From assembly GCA_030390025.1 (NCBI GenBank), contig CM059432.1, positions 13,640,001 through 13,704,000 on the forward strand: a DNA stretch of 64,000 bases, in the 5' to 3' direction. Within the stretch, counting starts at the first letter, position 1, and each line of letters opens with the position of its first letter. Positions 35,640-49,999 of this stretch are shown here, in pieces. Under the pieces are notes generated by a model that saw only the letters and a list, made by a program, of their open reading frames with translations, did no database searches and was not told the origin of the DNA. The DNA comes from Squalus acanthias. Taxonomy: Eukaryota. The position numbers and the translations under genes are program-made.

Positions 35640-38635
35640 TGGGGTGGCAGTGCTGATTAAGGAAGACATTGTAGTGTTGGAAAGGGAGGATGTTCTTGAG
35701 GGGACAAGGACAGAATCCATTTGGTTCGAGCTGAAGAGCAAAAAGGGTATGATCACGCTATTGGGGGTATTCTATAGGCCTCCAAATAGTGAGAGGGAGG
35801 TAGAGGAGAAAATCTGCAGGGAAATCACAGAGATATGCAAGAGCCATAAAGTGGTGATATTGGGGGACTTTAATTACCCAAATATCGATTGGGATAATGC
35901 TAGGGTAAAGGGAAAGGAGGGGGAGGAATTTCTGAAATGTGTTCAAGAGAATTTCCTTGACCAGTATGTTCTTGACCCAACTAGGAAGGAGGCATTGCTG
36001 GAACTGGTGCTGGGGATTGAGGTGGGCCAGGTCGACCAAGTGTCTGTAGGAGAACACTTGGGTACGAGTGATCATCGTATCATAAGATTTAGATTAGCAA
36101 TGGAGAGGAGCAAGGAACAATCTAGAGTGGAACTTCTAAACTGAATAGGGCTAACTTCAATGGGATGTGAAAGGATCCAGCCAGAGTACAGGAAACTCTT
36201 TATTAACCGGCACTGACGGGACCGGCGTGGTGCCGGTTAATCAAAAAGTCCGGATAATGGAGAGTTATATCTCCCAACGTACGAGAGCCCCGTACACACT
36301 GACATGTGCCTGCATTCGGAGCTCCGTCTCCCCGGGGACCGCCAGCTGACCATCTGTCGTGTCCGCTGCCTACCCGGGCTGCACATTCCCCTCCCAATCC
36401 ACATGCTCCGATACAAAGCAAACGCCTCGGGGTTTTTTTTAAAGGAGAGATGAAGGAAAACCCCGGTTACCTACTCAAGAATTTTGCCGGTTAAGAGAGA
36501 TTTCCGGTTATTTGGGTGCCGGTTAAAAGAGAGTTTCCTGTATAATGGAACCAAAGACTGACAGGAAAAACTGTAATGGAACAACGGGTGATCTTTAAGG
36601 AGGAGATGTTCCAAGTACAGGCTAGGTACATTCCAACAAGAGGGAAGGGTAAGGGAACCAAAGCAAGGGCTCCTTGGATGACGAGGGAGATAGAGAAGAT
36701 GATGAAACAAAAAAAGAGGGTGTATGATGAATGTCAGGTGAATTCTTCAAGGAGAACCAGACCAAATACAGTAAGTTGAGAGGGGAAGTGAAGATGAAAA
36801 TAAGATTGGCAAAGAGAGAATATGAGAGTAGAATGGCGGTTAACATAAAAGGGAACCCAAAAATCTTCTACTGGCATGTAAACAGTAAGCGGGTAGTAAA
36901 AGGCGGGGTGGGGCCTATTAGAGACAAAGAAGGTGATAGATATATGCTTAGAGGCACAGGGCAAGGCTCGAATACTCAATGAGTAATTTGTATCGGTGTT
37001 TACTAAGGAGGTGGATGCTGACAAAATATCAGAAGAAGTGAAAAAGGTAGAAGCAACGGAAGGGGTGAAAATTGATAGACAGGATGTACTAGAAAAGCTG
37101 GGTATGCTTAGAGCGGACAAGTTGCCTGGTCCAGATGACTTGCATCCCAGGTTGCTAAGGGAATTGGGGGAGGAGATAGTAGAAGGGCTTGCCATAATTT
37201 TCCAGTCTTCCCTAGATGCGGGGGAAGTGCCTGAGGATTGGAAAGTGGCAAATGTGACACCATTGTTCAAGAAAGGGTGCAAGGACAATCCTAGTAACTA
37301 CAGGCCGGTCAGTTTAACATCAGTGGTGGGTAAGTTTTTTAGAAACAATAATCAAGGAAAAAATTAACGGGCATTTGGAGAGGTTTAAGCTAATTAAGGA
37401 GTGCCAACACGGGTTTGTAAAAGGAAGATCGTGTTTGACTAATCTAATTGAATTTTTTCATGAGGTACCAGAGAGGATTGATGAAGGGAATGCAATGGAT
37501 GTTTGACAAAGTACCACATAGAAGGCTGGTTAACAAAATTGAGGCTCATGGAATAGGTGGGTCAGTGGCAGCTTGGATAAGGAATTGGCTTAAGGACAGA
37601 AAACAGTGAGTTGTGGTAAATGGCTGATTTTCAGAATGGAGGATGGTAGACAGTGGTGTTCCCCAAGGGTCAGTGCTGGGGCCACTGCTTTTTTTTGGAT
37701 ATACCTGGATATTGGAATACAGAGTAGAATTTCTAAATTTGCCGATGACACCAAACTTGGGGGTGTGGCAAACAGTGAGGATGATATCAATCGACTGAAA
37801 CAGGACATAGAAAGGCTAGCAGAATGGGCAGATGGAATTTAATAAAGTGTGAGGTGATGCATTTTGGCAGAAGGAACAGGGAGAGGCAATATACACTTAA
37901 TGGCACAGTTTTAAAGAGTGTGCAGGGACAGAGGGACCTGGGAGTTAATGTGCATAGGTCCCTGAAGGTGGCAGGACCTATTGAGAGAGTAGTTAACAAA
38001 GCATATGGGATCTTGGGCTTTATAAATAGAGGTATTGAGTACAAAAGTAGAGAAGTTATGCTGAACCTTTATAAAGCAATGGTTAGGCCACAACTGGAGT
38101 ATTGTGTCCAGTTCTGGTCACCACACTTTAGGAGGGATGTGAAGGCCCTTGAGAGGGTGCAGAGGAGATTTACCAGAATGGTTCCAGGGATGGGGATCTT
38201 AGCTACAAGGACAGGTTGGAGAAGCTGGATTTGTTTTCATTAGAGCAAAGGAAGTTGAGGGGTGATTTGATAGAGGTGTACAAGATTATGACGGGTTTGG
38301 ATAGGCTAGACAGGGAAAGGCTGTTCCCACTAGTTGATGGTACAAGGACTAGGGGACACAGATTTAAGGTTTTGGGCAAGAGATACAGGGGAATGAGAGG
38401 AAAAACTTTTTTACACAGCGAGTGGTGATGACCTGGAATTCGCTGCCGACGGAAGTGGTGGAAGCGGAGACACTCAATGTTTTCAAGGGGAGACTGGATA
38501 GGCACTTGAGGGAAATAAACTTGCAGGGCTTCGGGGATAGAGCGGGGGAATGGGACTGACTGGATTGCTCTACAGAGAGCCGGCACGGACTCGATGGGCC
38601 AAATGGCCTCCTTCTGTGCCGTTATGACTATGACT
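35640..38635 (+). mobile_element. CR1 LINE ORF2 (APE endonuclease + RT), degenerate, antisense in the last ANKRD12 intron
   Basis: ESIW...GVFYRPP...ILGDFNYP...SDH (APE); NYRPVSLTS and KFADDTKL (RT); CR1 3' tail. Confidence 0.92.
36189..36540. mobile_element. Tc1/mariner (pogo/Tigger-like) MITE, subfamily A
   Basis: Near-identical to 15635-15997; TA at 36187-88 and 36541-42; interrupts a CR1 ORF2. Confidence 0.92.
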
Positions 38636-38753
38636 TCCAGGTATAGCACTCGTGCTTATGGAGCACCCAGGGTCTTATTTCTCTCTTTAGAGTGTTTTCT
38701 GAATAGCTCTTGGTATGAATAGCATTTCATTATTGTGTATTTATTACACCTTA

Positions 38754-38876
<123 letters not shown>

Positions 38877-38974
38877 CTAAAGCAAAGATTTTACAACATT
38901 AATTTGAAAAACAATTTTTCAAGAACATTTAATCAAAACATTCTTTCTTCAATGTTAAAGATACATCTATTTCA

Positions 38975-39283
<309 letters not shown>

Positions 39284-39356
39284 TTAGTGGGAATATTTTG
39301 AATCTATCCAGTGTCTGACGAGAGTAATTTGCTAATAGGTTTGGTTAAAAACTTAA

Positions 39357-40104
39357 TGGCTGGATTTTGTGGTAGAAATAACAGTGAGGCTATCAGCGCT
39401 CACCACTATTAAAAGTATAAATTGGACAGCAACTTCCGGCAACTGCAAATGTGCAGTTAAACGCAGAAATCAGGAAGTTGCTTTCTGAATTTTCCTGCAC
39501 TTCTAAAGGCTGCACTATTTCGCCGAGAGGCTCGGCATTGAAACACATAAAACGGGTTGAAGTTGCTGTACTTCCATGATAAACACCCACTAAACGTACC
39601 AGAAAAAGTTAGGGCTTGTCCATTCCAGTGTAAGTACATTTTTAATGGCGTGATGAGTCTTAATTACTGCCAAACAACCTCTCTGGCACTGAAAATTAAC
39701 TTTTACTAGTGTGGAGTCTCATTCCTTCAGCTTTTAATTATAGTTGGAGATTTAAAACAAAATAATTTTTAAAAACTTTTTCTTTGTCTCTTATCTCTCT
39801 CTTAATCCCATTTTTATTTCTCCCTCTTTATTTAACCTTCTGTACATGATTTGGCATTTAATTAAATATTCTTAACTGACACTTCCTGGTTCAGACTCTG
39901 CGCTGCTCATTAACCAGAGTGAAGAATCGTTAGAGATACACGGTTGCTTGCCCTGTTCACACAGGTCCCAGATCCCTTGTAGAGGGCGCTGTGCCGAAAT
40001 GGCTTTCTAATCACAGTGCAAAAGCCCATAGAAAGTCTGTGGCAAGTGTAAGTGTAATGAACGGCTGGCGCCGGTCATTCACCGCTGACCGCAAAATCCA
40101 GCCC
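39357..40104. mobile_element. Non-autonomous TIR element, probably PIF/Harbinger
   Basis: TIRs ggctggattttgtggt / accgcaaaatccagccc; aat flanks both ends (3-bp TSD typical of Harbinger). Confidence 0.65.
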
Positions 40105-40361
40105 AATGAATTCACAGGTGTATTTATAGACAGATGTAAGAAGGTATAGTTTCTAGCTTCCCTACATTGAGTCAAAAGTTTAGAACGCTGTGGCAATCTG
40201 TACAAATCCTGCCATGTGTTCAGAAGGACTTTATTTAAGGATATGATTTCAAGGCCATCCTTTAGGTAGGTTCTAAGGTAGTGTGGTTTATGGCTGGTTC
40301 TCAAACAACAGGTTGTAGTGATGGGTTTTAAATCTGCATCATTTAAGGCAAAAAAGCTTCA

Positions 40362-40496
<135 letters not shown>

Positions 40497-40726
40497 CTAA
40501 AAAACACAATATAACCATAGTGATCAATATTAATGCAAGTGTTGTAACTTAAAACCATTTTATCAATTCATGCTGGTAAAATTCACCAGAAATAATAACA
40601 CTTTTCTGTTACTCTTCTCTCAACTGATAAATCATATACCATAAGAATCTGGTCTTACTAGATTGAACACTCACTGCAAATACCAGAAACTGGACATGAA
40701 TAAAGGAGCAGCATATATTCCATATA

Positions 40727-41145
40727 CAGGAAACTTTCGTTTATCCGGCATCGACGGGACCGGCGTGGTGCCGGTTTATCGAAAGTACCGGATAACAGAG
40801 AGTTATATCTACCGAGGCTATTTTTAACAAAGAGACTCCAAGCAGCACGGGAGAATCTACTCATGCTACTGCAATGTTTCGGACTTGCGACAGCGCCAGG
40901 AGGCCGAGTAGTGGCACTTTTGAAAAGTACCCCTATTGACTAAATCGGCGTTCGCGGACTCAGACTCGGGATCGGCAACATTGCCGGTTATTTGAGAGGA
41001 TTTTTCGGAGCACTCTGCGTTCGCGGAGACTCGACTGCGACTCGGCAACATTGCCGGTTATTTGAGAGGAGTTTTCAGAGGATGATTTTTGCCGGTTAAG
41101 CGAGAATTCCGGATATTTGGGTGCCGGATAAACGAAAGTTTCCTG
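40727..41145. mobile_element. Tc1/mariner (pogo/Tigger-like) MITE, subfamily B
   Basis: Perfect 24-bp TIR CAGGAAACTTTCGTTTATCCGGCA; TA at 40725-26 and 41146-47; shares subterminal sequence with subfamily A but has a different interior. Confidence 0.9.
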
Positions 41146-42309
41146 TACTGTATATATAATTCTAAACATCAAAGGGAAATATCTGTTTCTACATAAGCAT
41201 TCTCCTGCTCGCCCATTGTAACAGTATTTTCTTTCTTAAAACTGCAGTATACATCCTGGGACCCAAGTTGTATAAAAGTCCACGTGTGACCTCATTAAGT
41301 TCCACTCCAGTGGCACCATTTAATGGGAAGGCTGGGCTGTTAACCGAATTCACCACTCAATGCCACTAAATATCTCAGTTCACGTGTGGGATTAGCATGT
41401 GACATTTTATTAGAATACATTATACTTACCCTTTAAAGCGAAATAGTTAAAAATTCCGTTTGCAGACTTCATAGTCACACTATCTAGATACCAGTGATAA
41501 AACACTACATTGTACCTATTTTATGCCTTTCGAGATATATGTCTCAAAGGGTTAAACATTTTTTTGGTTAATTTCAAACTATAAAGCAATTATCTAAATT
41601 TGAAGTTATTAGAGTGAATGTTTATAATGTCAGCATCCTGACCTGCTAAACGCTGATCTCAGGGAAAATTAACCATACCCATCATTAATGAATTATAACA
41701 GCATGTTCACTTTCTAGTCTTATACCTCATTTACTAATGCCTCCTGTAGCACTAAGTAAAAGAGTTACAGCCACACACTGAAATTAATACATACATATAC
41801 ACACAGAAAATTGTATTAGGAAGGACTAACTAGAATTAGTCTTTGCTTTTAGTAAAGCTGTGTGGCCCGAAATCAAGGCAAAATTTTACGTTCTCTGAAG
41901 TGGTTTGGCTATGAAAATGCAGGTCAGAATGTTATCACTACCTATTATCACCTTTTAGAAATGCGACTCTCAGATCAACTGAAAGCCCTACACCGTAAAA
42001 AAAAAACCAACACCTCTGCAATGACATGGAATTTACAGCACACAAACAGGCCATTCGGCCCAGCTGGTCTATGTCGGTGTATACGCTCCACACACAGGCC
42101 TCCTCCCACCCCTCTTCATCTAACCCTATCAGCATATCCTTCGATTCCTTTCTCCCTCATGTACTTATCTAGCTTCCCCTGAAATGCATTTATGCTATTC
42201 ACCTCAACTAGCAAGTTCCATATTCTAACCACTCTCTGGATAAAGAAGTTTCTCCTGAATTCTTATTGGGTTGATTAGTGACTAGCTTGTATTTATGACC
42301 TCTAATTTT

Positions 42310-43590
42310 CATAGAATCATAGAAATTTACAGCACAGAAGGAGGCCATTCAGTCCATTGTGTTTGTGCCAGCCGAAAAGAGCTAACCAGCCTAATCCCAC
42401 TTCCCTGGTCCGTAGCCTTGTAGTCCAAGTGCATATCCAAGTACTTTTTAAAATGTGCTGAGGGTTTCTGCCTCTACCACCCTTTCTGCAAGTGAGTTCC
42501 AGACCCACCACCCTCTGGGTGAAAAAAGTTCTCAACTCCCCTCTAATCCTTCTACCAATTACTTTAAATCTATGCCCCCTGGTTATTGACCTCACTGCTA
42601 AGGGAAATAGGTCCTTCCTATCCACTCTATCTAGGCCCCTCATCATTTTATACACTCAATTAAGTCTCCCCTCAGACTCCTCTGTTCCAAAGAAAACAAC
42701 CCAGCCTATCCAATCTTTCCTCATAGCTAAAATTCTCCAGTCCTGGCAACATCCATGTAAATTTCTTCTGTACCCTCTCTAGTGCAATCACATCTTTTCT
42801 GTAATGTGGTGACCAGAACTGTACGCAGTACTCTAGCTGTGGCCTAACTAGTGTTTTGTACAGTTCAAGCATAACCTCCCAGCTCTTATATTCTATGCCT
42901 CAGCTAATAAAAGGAAAGTATCACGTATGCCTTCTGAACCACCTTATCTACCTTCAGGGATCTGTGGACATGCACTCAAAATGTCTCTCTGTTCCTCTAC
43001 AATTCTCAGTATTCTACTATTTATTGTCTATTCCCTTGCCTTGTTAGCCCTCCCCAAAAAGCATTACCTCACACTTCTCCGGATTGAATTCCATTTGCCA
43101 CTTTTCTGCCCACCTGACCAGCCCATTGATATCTTCCTGCAGTCTACAGCTTTCTTCCTCACTAACAACCACACGGCCAATTTTTGTATCATCTGCAAAC
43201 GTCTTAATCATGCCCCTACATTGAAGTCTAAATCATTGACATATACCACGAAAAGCAAGGGACCTAGCATGGAGTCCTGTGGAACCCCACTGGAAACAGC
43301 CTTCCAGTCACAAAAACACCCGTTGACCATTACCCTTTGCTTCCTGCCACTGAGCCAATTTTGGATCCAACTTGCCACTTTCCCTGGGATCCCATGGGCT
43401 TTTACTTTTCTGACCAGTCTGCCATGTGGGACCTTGCTAAAATCCATGTAGACTACATCAAACGCACTACCCTCATCAACCCTCCTTGTTACCTCCTCAA
43501 AAAGTTCAATCAAGTTAGTCAGACACGATCTTCCCGTAGCAAATCCATGCTGACTGTCCTTGATTAATCCGTGCCTTTCTAAATGACGAT
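42310..43590 (-). mobile_element. CR1 LINE fragment, same subfamily as 14686-16372
   Basis: QHGFATGRSCLTNL, SGVPQDSMLGP; colinear with the 14.7-16.4 kb copy but lacks the MITE. Further CR1 pieces adjoin at 42027-42305 and 43600-43945. Confidence 0.9.
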
Positions 43591-45418
43591 TATTACGATT
43601 TTTGGTCTCTCCCAAAAGTGGAAACATCTTCTCTACGTCTACCCCATCAAACCCCTTCATAATTTTAAAGACCTCGATTAGGTCATCCCTCAGTCTTCCC
43701 TTTTCTAGAGAAACAAGCCCCAGCCTATTCAGTCTTTCCTGATAGTTATAACCTTTCAGTTCTGGTACCATCCTTGTAAATCTTTTTTGCATTTTCTCCA
43801 GTGCCTCTATATCCTTTTTGTAATATGGATACCAGAACTGTGCAAAGTACAGAGTGTGGTCTAACCAAGGTTCTATACAAGTTTCACATAACCTCTCTGC
43901 TTTTCAATTCTATTCTCTATAATTAAACCCCAGTGCTTTGTTTGCAATATACCAAAATAAAGTTTATAAAAAGAGAAAAATTGTTGATCTTTTGTCAAAA
44001 GTTCATTATTCTCCACTGCCTTCAATTTTCTACCCTGATCATTCCTCTTCCAAAGACAGCAATTCACGCTGGCTTCTTGTTCCATAAGCTTGAAAACAGT
44101 TCTCCTCTAGCATCCCATGTGACCATTTACAGTGTGCGAACCTGAATAGCGAAGTATTGGTGGACTACTCAAATATGGCGACATCAACAACCAAACAGGA
44201 ACCCGATATCTCCTGGTATCCGCACACTTATTTCCAGCAGAGGTTGCCCTCCTCCCTAGCTAAAAGTTGCTGAAGACAGCCATGTCTCTCACACTGCCGT
44301 CCTGTGAGATTAACTCATTCAGCACAGATTCGGGTTGAATGGGACACCTTCCTAGCTGCACGCCAACAACAACAACAACTTGTATTTATACAGAGCCTTT
44401 AACATTGTAAAGTTCCTTGGGCTGTTTTACAAGAGCTTTATCAAACAAAATTTGACACCGAGCCACATAAGGTGATAGGGCAGATGAGCTTGGTCAAAAA
44501 GGTAGGTTTTCAGGAGCGTCTTAAAGGAAGGAGAGGTAGAGAGGCGGAGAGGTTTAGGCAGGGAATTCCAGAGCGTAGGGCCTTGGCAGCTGAAGGCACG
44601 GCCACCAATGGTGGAGCAATTAAAATCGGGGATGCTCAAGAGGCCAGAATTGGAGGAGCGCAGAGATCTCGGAGGGTTGTAGGAGTTTACAGAGATAGGA
44701 AGGAGCGAGACCATGGAGGGATTTGAAAATAAGAATGAGAATTTTAAAATCGAGGCGCTGCTTAACTAGGAGCCAAGGTAGGTCAATGAGCACAGGGGTG
44801 ATGGGTGAACAGGACTTGGTGCGAATTAGGATACAGGCAGCAAAGTTTTGGATGATCTCCAGTTTTCAGAGGGCAGAACGTGGGAGGCCGGCCAGGGGAG
44901 CATTGGAATAGTCAAGTTTAGAGGTAACAAAGGAATGGATGAGGGTTTCAGTCGCAGATGAGCTGAGCAGGGGCGGAGTCGGGCGATGCTCCAGAGGTGG
45001 AAATAGGTGGTCTTAGAGATGGAGCAGATATGTGGTCGGAAGCTCACTTCAGGGTCAAATATGACACCAAGGTTGCAAACGGTCTGATTCAGCCTCAAAC
45101 AGTTGCCAGAGAGGGATGGAGTCGGTGGCTAGGGAATGGAGTTTGTGGCGTGGACTGAAGACAATGGCTTCGGTCTTCCCAATATTCAGTTGGAGGAAAT
45201 ATCAGACAAGCAGTCTGATGATTTAGAGACAGTGGAGGGGTCGAGAGGTGGTGGAGAAGTAGAGCTGGGTGTCATTGGCGTACATGTGGATGAGAAATAG
45301 GAGGGGGGCCAAGGATAGATCCTTGGGGGACACTGGAGGTAACGGAGTGGGAGCGGGAAGAGAAGCCATTGCAGGTGATTCTCTGGCTATGACTGGATAG
45401 ATAAGAATGGAACCAGGG

Positions 45419-48400
45419 AGGAGGAGGCTCCATGAATATCCCCATCCTCAATGATGGTGGAGCCCAGCATGTGAGTGCGAAAGACAAGGCTGAAGCATTT
45501 GCAACCATCTTCAGCCAGAAGTGCCGAGTGGATGATCCATATCGGCCTACTCCTGAGGTCCCCACCATCACAGAAGCCAGTCTTCAGCCAATTCGATTCA
45601 CTCCACGTAATATCAAGAAACGGCTGAGGGCACTGGATACAGCAAAGGCTATGGGCCCCGACAACATCCTGGCTATCGCGCTGAAGACTTGTGCTCCAGA
45701 ACTAGCCGCGCCTCTAGCTAAGCTGTTTCAGTACAGCTACAACATTGGCATCTATCTGACAATGTGGAAAACTGCCCAGGTATGTCCTGTCCACAAAAAG
45801 CAGGACAAATCCAACCTGGCCAATTACCGCCCCATCAGTCTACTCTCTATCATCAGCAAAGTGATGGAAGGTGTCATCGACAGTGCTATCAAGCGGCACT
45901 TACTCACCAATAACCTGTTCACTGATGCCCAGTTTGGGTTCCGTCAAGATCTCTCGGCTCCCGACCTCATTACAGCCTTGGTCGAAACATGGACAAAGGA
46001 GCTGAATTCCAGAGGTGAGGCGAGAGTGACTGCCCTTAACATCAAGGCAGCATTTGACCGAGTGTTGCATCAAGGAGCCCTAGTAAAACTGAAGTCAATG
46101 GGAATCGGTGGGAAAACGTCCACTGGCTGGAGTCATACCTAGCACAAAGGAAGATGGTGAGATGGTTGAAGGTTAATCATCACAGCCCCAGGACATCGCT
46201 GCAGGAGTTCCTCAGGGCAGTGTCATAGGCCCAACCATCTTCAGCTGCTTCATCAATGACCTTCCCTCCAACATAAGGTCAGAAATGGGGATGTTCGCTG
46301 ATGACTGCACAGTGTCATAGAAACATAGAAGATAGGAGCAGGATTAGGCCATTCGGCCCCTCGAGACTGTTCCGCCATTTAATGAGATCATGGCTGATCA
46401 TCCAAATTCAGTACCCTGTCCCTGCTTTCTCCCCATATCCCTTGATCCCTTTAGCCTTAAGAAATATATCTAACTCCTTCTTGAATATATTTAATAAATT
46501 GGCCTCAACTGCCTTCTGTGGTAGAGAATTCCACAGGTTCACCACTCTCTGGGTGAAGAAATTCCTCCTCATCTCAGTCCTAAATGGCTTACCCCTTATC
46601 CTTAGACTGTGACCCCTGGTTCTGGATTCCCCCGCCATCGGGAACATCCTTCCTGCATCTAGTCTGTCTAGTCCTGTTAGAATTTTATAAGTTTCAATGA
46701 GATCCCCTCTCATTCTTCTAAACTCTAGCGAATACAAGCCCAATCGACCCAATCTCTCTTCATACGTCATTCCTGCCATCCCAGGTATCAGTCTGGTGAA
46801 TCTTCGCTGCACTCCCTCCATGGCAAGAACATCCTTCCTCAGATAAGGCGACCAAAACTGCACACAATACTCAAGGTGTGGTCTCACTGCAGCAAGACAT
46901 CCTTGCTCCTGTACTCGAATCCTCTCGCTATGAAGGCCAACATACCATTTGCCTTCTTAACCGCCTGCTGCAACTGCATTCTTACCTTCAGCGACTGGTG
47001 CACAAGGACACCCAGGTCTCGTTGCACTTCCCCTTTTCCCAATCTATTGCCGTTCAGATAATAATCTGCCTTCCTGTTTTTGGCACCAAAGTGGATAACC
47101 TCTCATTTATCCACATTATACTGCATCTGCCCAATCACCCAACCTGTTCAAATCATACTGGAGTTTCTCTGCATCCTCCTCACAGCACACACGTCCACCC
47201 AGCTTTGTGTCGTCTGCAAACTTGGAGATATTACATCTAGTTCCCTCGTCTAGATCATTAATATATATTGTGAATAGCTGAGGTCCTAGTACCGATCCCT
47301 GTGGTACCCCACTAGTCACTGCCTGCCACTCGGAAAAAGACCCGTTTATTCCAACTCTTTGCTTCCTGTCTGCCAACCAGTTCTCTATCCAAGTCAGTAC
47401 CTTACCCCCAATCCCATGTGCTTTAACTTTGTACGCTAATCACTTATGCGGGACCTCATCGAAAGCCTGCTGAAAGTCCAAATACACCACATCCACTGGT
47501 TCTCCCTTATCTATTCTACCAGTTACATCCTCAAAAAATTCCAGTAGATTAGTCAAGCATGATTTACCTTTTGTAAATCCATGTTGACTTTGTCCAATCC
47601 TGTCCCTGTTTTCCAAGTGCTCTGCTATTACATCTTTTATAATGGACTCTAGCATTTTCCCCACTACCGATGTCAGGCTTACCGGTCTATAATTCCCCGT
47701 TTTCTCTCTCCCACCTTTTTTAAATAGTGGGGTTACATTAGCTACCCTCCAATCCATGGGAACTGTTCAAGTCTATAGAATTTTGGAAGATGACCAGCAA
47801 TGCATCTACTATTTCTCGGGCCACTTCCTTATGTACCCTAGGATGTAGATTATCAGGCCATGGGGATTTATCGGCCTTCAACCCCGTCAATTTCCCTAAC
47901 ACCATTTCCCTACAAATACTGATTTCATTCAGTTCCTCCCTCTCATTAGACCCAATGTTCCCCGACATCTCTGGGAGGTTATTTGTGTCCTCCTTTGTGA
48001 AGACAGAACCAAAGTATGTATTTAATTGGCCTGCCATTTCTTTGTTCCCCATTATAAATTCCCCTGATTCTGACTGCAAGGGACCTACGCTTGACCTCAC
48101 CAATCTTTTTCTCTTGACATCTCTATAGAAGCTTTTACAGTCAGTTTTTATGTTCCCTGAAAGCTTACTCTCATACTCTATTTTCCCCCTCTTAATTAAT
48201 CCCTTTGTCCTCCTTTGCTGAATCCTAAACTGTTCCCAATCCTCAAATGGTTTAGCGCCATTCATAACTCCTCAGATAATGAAGCAGTCCATGCCCACAT
48301 GCAACAAGACCTGGACGACGTTCAGGCTTGGGCTGATACGTGGCAGGTAATATTCGCGCCACAGAAGTGCCAGGCAATTACTATCTCCAACAAGCAAGTC

Positions 48401-49134
48401 TAACTACCTCCCCTTGACATTCAACAGCATTACCATCGTCAAATCCACCACCATCAACATCCTGGGGGGTCACCATTGACCAGAAATTTAACTGGACCAG
48501 CCACATAAATACTGTGGCAACAAGAGCAGGTCAGAGGCTAGGAATTCTGCGGCAAGTGTCTCACCTCCTGACTCCCCAAAGCCTTTCCACCATCTACAAG
48601 GCACAAGTAAGGAGTGTGATGGAATACTCTCCACCTGCCTGGATGAGTGCAGCTCCAACAACACTCAAGAAGCTCGACACCATCCAGGAAAAAGCAGTCT
48701 GCTTGATTGGCATCCCACCCACCACCTTAAACATTCACTCCCTCCACCACGGGCGTACCGTGGCTGCAGTGTGTACCATCTTCAAGATGCACTGCAGCAA
48801 CTCACCAAGGCTTCTTCGGCAGCTCCTCCCAAACCCACGACCTCTTCCACCTAGAAGGACAAGGGCAGCAGGCATCTGAGAACACCACCACCTCCAAGCT
48901 CCCCTCCAAGTCACACACCATCCTGACTTAGAAGTATATTGCCGATCCTTCATCGTCGCTGGGTCAAAATCCTGGAACTCCCTACCTAACAGCACTGTGG
49001 GAGTACCTTCACCACATGGACTGCAGCGGTTCAAGGCAGCAGCTCACCACCACCTTCTCAAGGGCAATTAGGGATGGGCAATAAATGCTAGCCTTGCCAG
49101 CGACGCCCACATCCCATAAACGAATAAAAAAAAA
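45419..49134 (+). mobile_element. Third LINE family (CR1/L2-group RT, poly(A) tail), split by a CR1
   Basis: NYRPISLLSIISK, QFGFRQ, GVPQGSVIGP, MFADDCTV|FSAIHNS; ends ...cacatcccataaacgaataaaaaaaaa. Confidence 0.88.
46316..48245 (-). mobile_element. Young CR1 LINE, 5'-truncated, same subfamily as 20395-21588
   Basis: [35 protein letters not shown]; 3' part near-identical to the 20.4-21.6 kb copy. Confidence 0.93.
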
Positions 49135-49999
49135 GTGCAGTCCCACCTAGCTGGACAACAGTGAAGGTGTGTTGGAGGAGGATGGTGTCGTCAACTGTGT
49201 CAAAGGCTGAAGACAAGTCAAGAAGGACGAGGATGGATAGTTTACCTTTGTCACAGTCATATAGGATGTCTTTTGTGACTTTGATAAGAGCCGTTTCGGT
49301 ACAGTGACAGGGGCGGAAACCTGATTGGTAAGCAGAAATCATGCCGAAACTTACACTGGTTTCAACGCTGATCTTGGTGATGAACATTAAAGTTTGAAGC
49401 CATCAAACCATCATTAATGCTCATTAAGCACAGCATGTTTAAGAAACAAAAATTACACAGGCTCTTCTCTTTTTTGATTTAAAAGATTCTAATGCCATAA
49501 AAACAGTCAAAGATAGAGAAAATAGCTATACAACACCAAAAATAGTGACTTAAATTGTGCTATGCCTAAAATTTTGTGCATAAATTTAAGCTGTTTCAAA
49601 ACTGGAGTAAATACAGGAAACTTGCATTCTTTTGCATAGGGGTAGAGCGCTATTAAGTAGCCAAGTGAGGTTTCAGTAGCTGTAACTCTGGAGGGATGCA
49701 AATGATCGAGGAAATGTTCATTGTAGCGATGTTTTGGCTGTAAAACTGGCGTCAATCAGTTATATGCGAATAAAACAGCGCAACTCCACTCTTACACCAT
49801 AGTTAGACAGAAACCTTCCAGGAAATTCCAGCCTGGTGCATTTACCTGCTGCGGCTCAGCTTTTTCCAATCAGTCTCTATGTAGTCAACCATGAATGCAA
49901 CTCAAAGTCCCCAAGTAAACACAGAATGGATTCACAAGTCCATTGTGTGCTCTTGTGAAGTACCATGTGGACAAAATGTAACAGAATCATAGAATAGTA

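Larger units (their letters stand above)
44365..49328 (-). mobile_element. L2-type LINE split in two (44365-45418 and 49135-49328)
   Basis: (caa)n tail; VPQGSILGP; QSGFRPCHCTETALIKV...LLDLSSAFDTVD; halves rejoin as gaaccagg.gagtgcagtccc, as in the unsplit copy at 54037-54060. Confidence 0.85.

Noticed and set aside
40947..41080. Direct repeats separated by short variable sequence, superficially CRISPR-like
   Set aside because: Only two units, the intervening sequences resemble each other, they lie inside a TIR-bounded MITE, and there are no cas genes.
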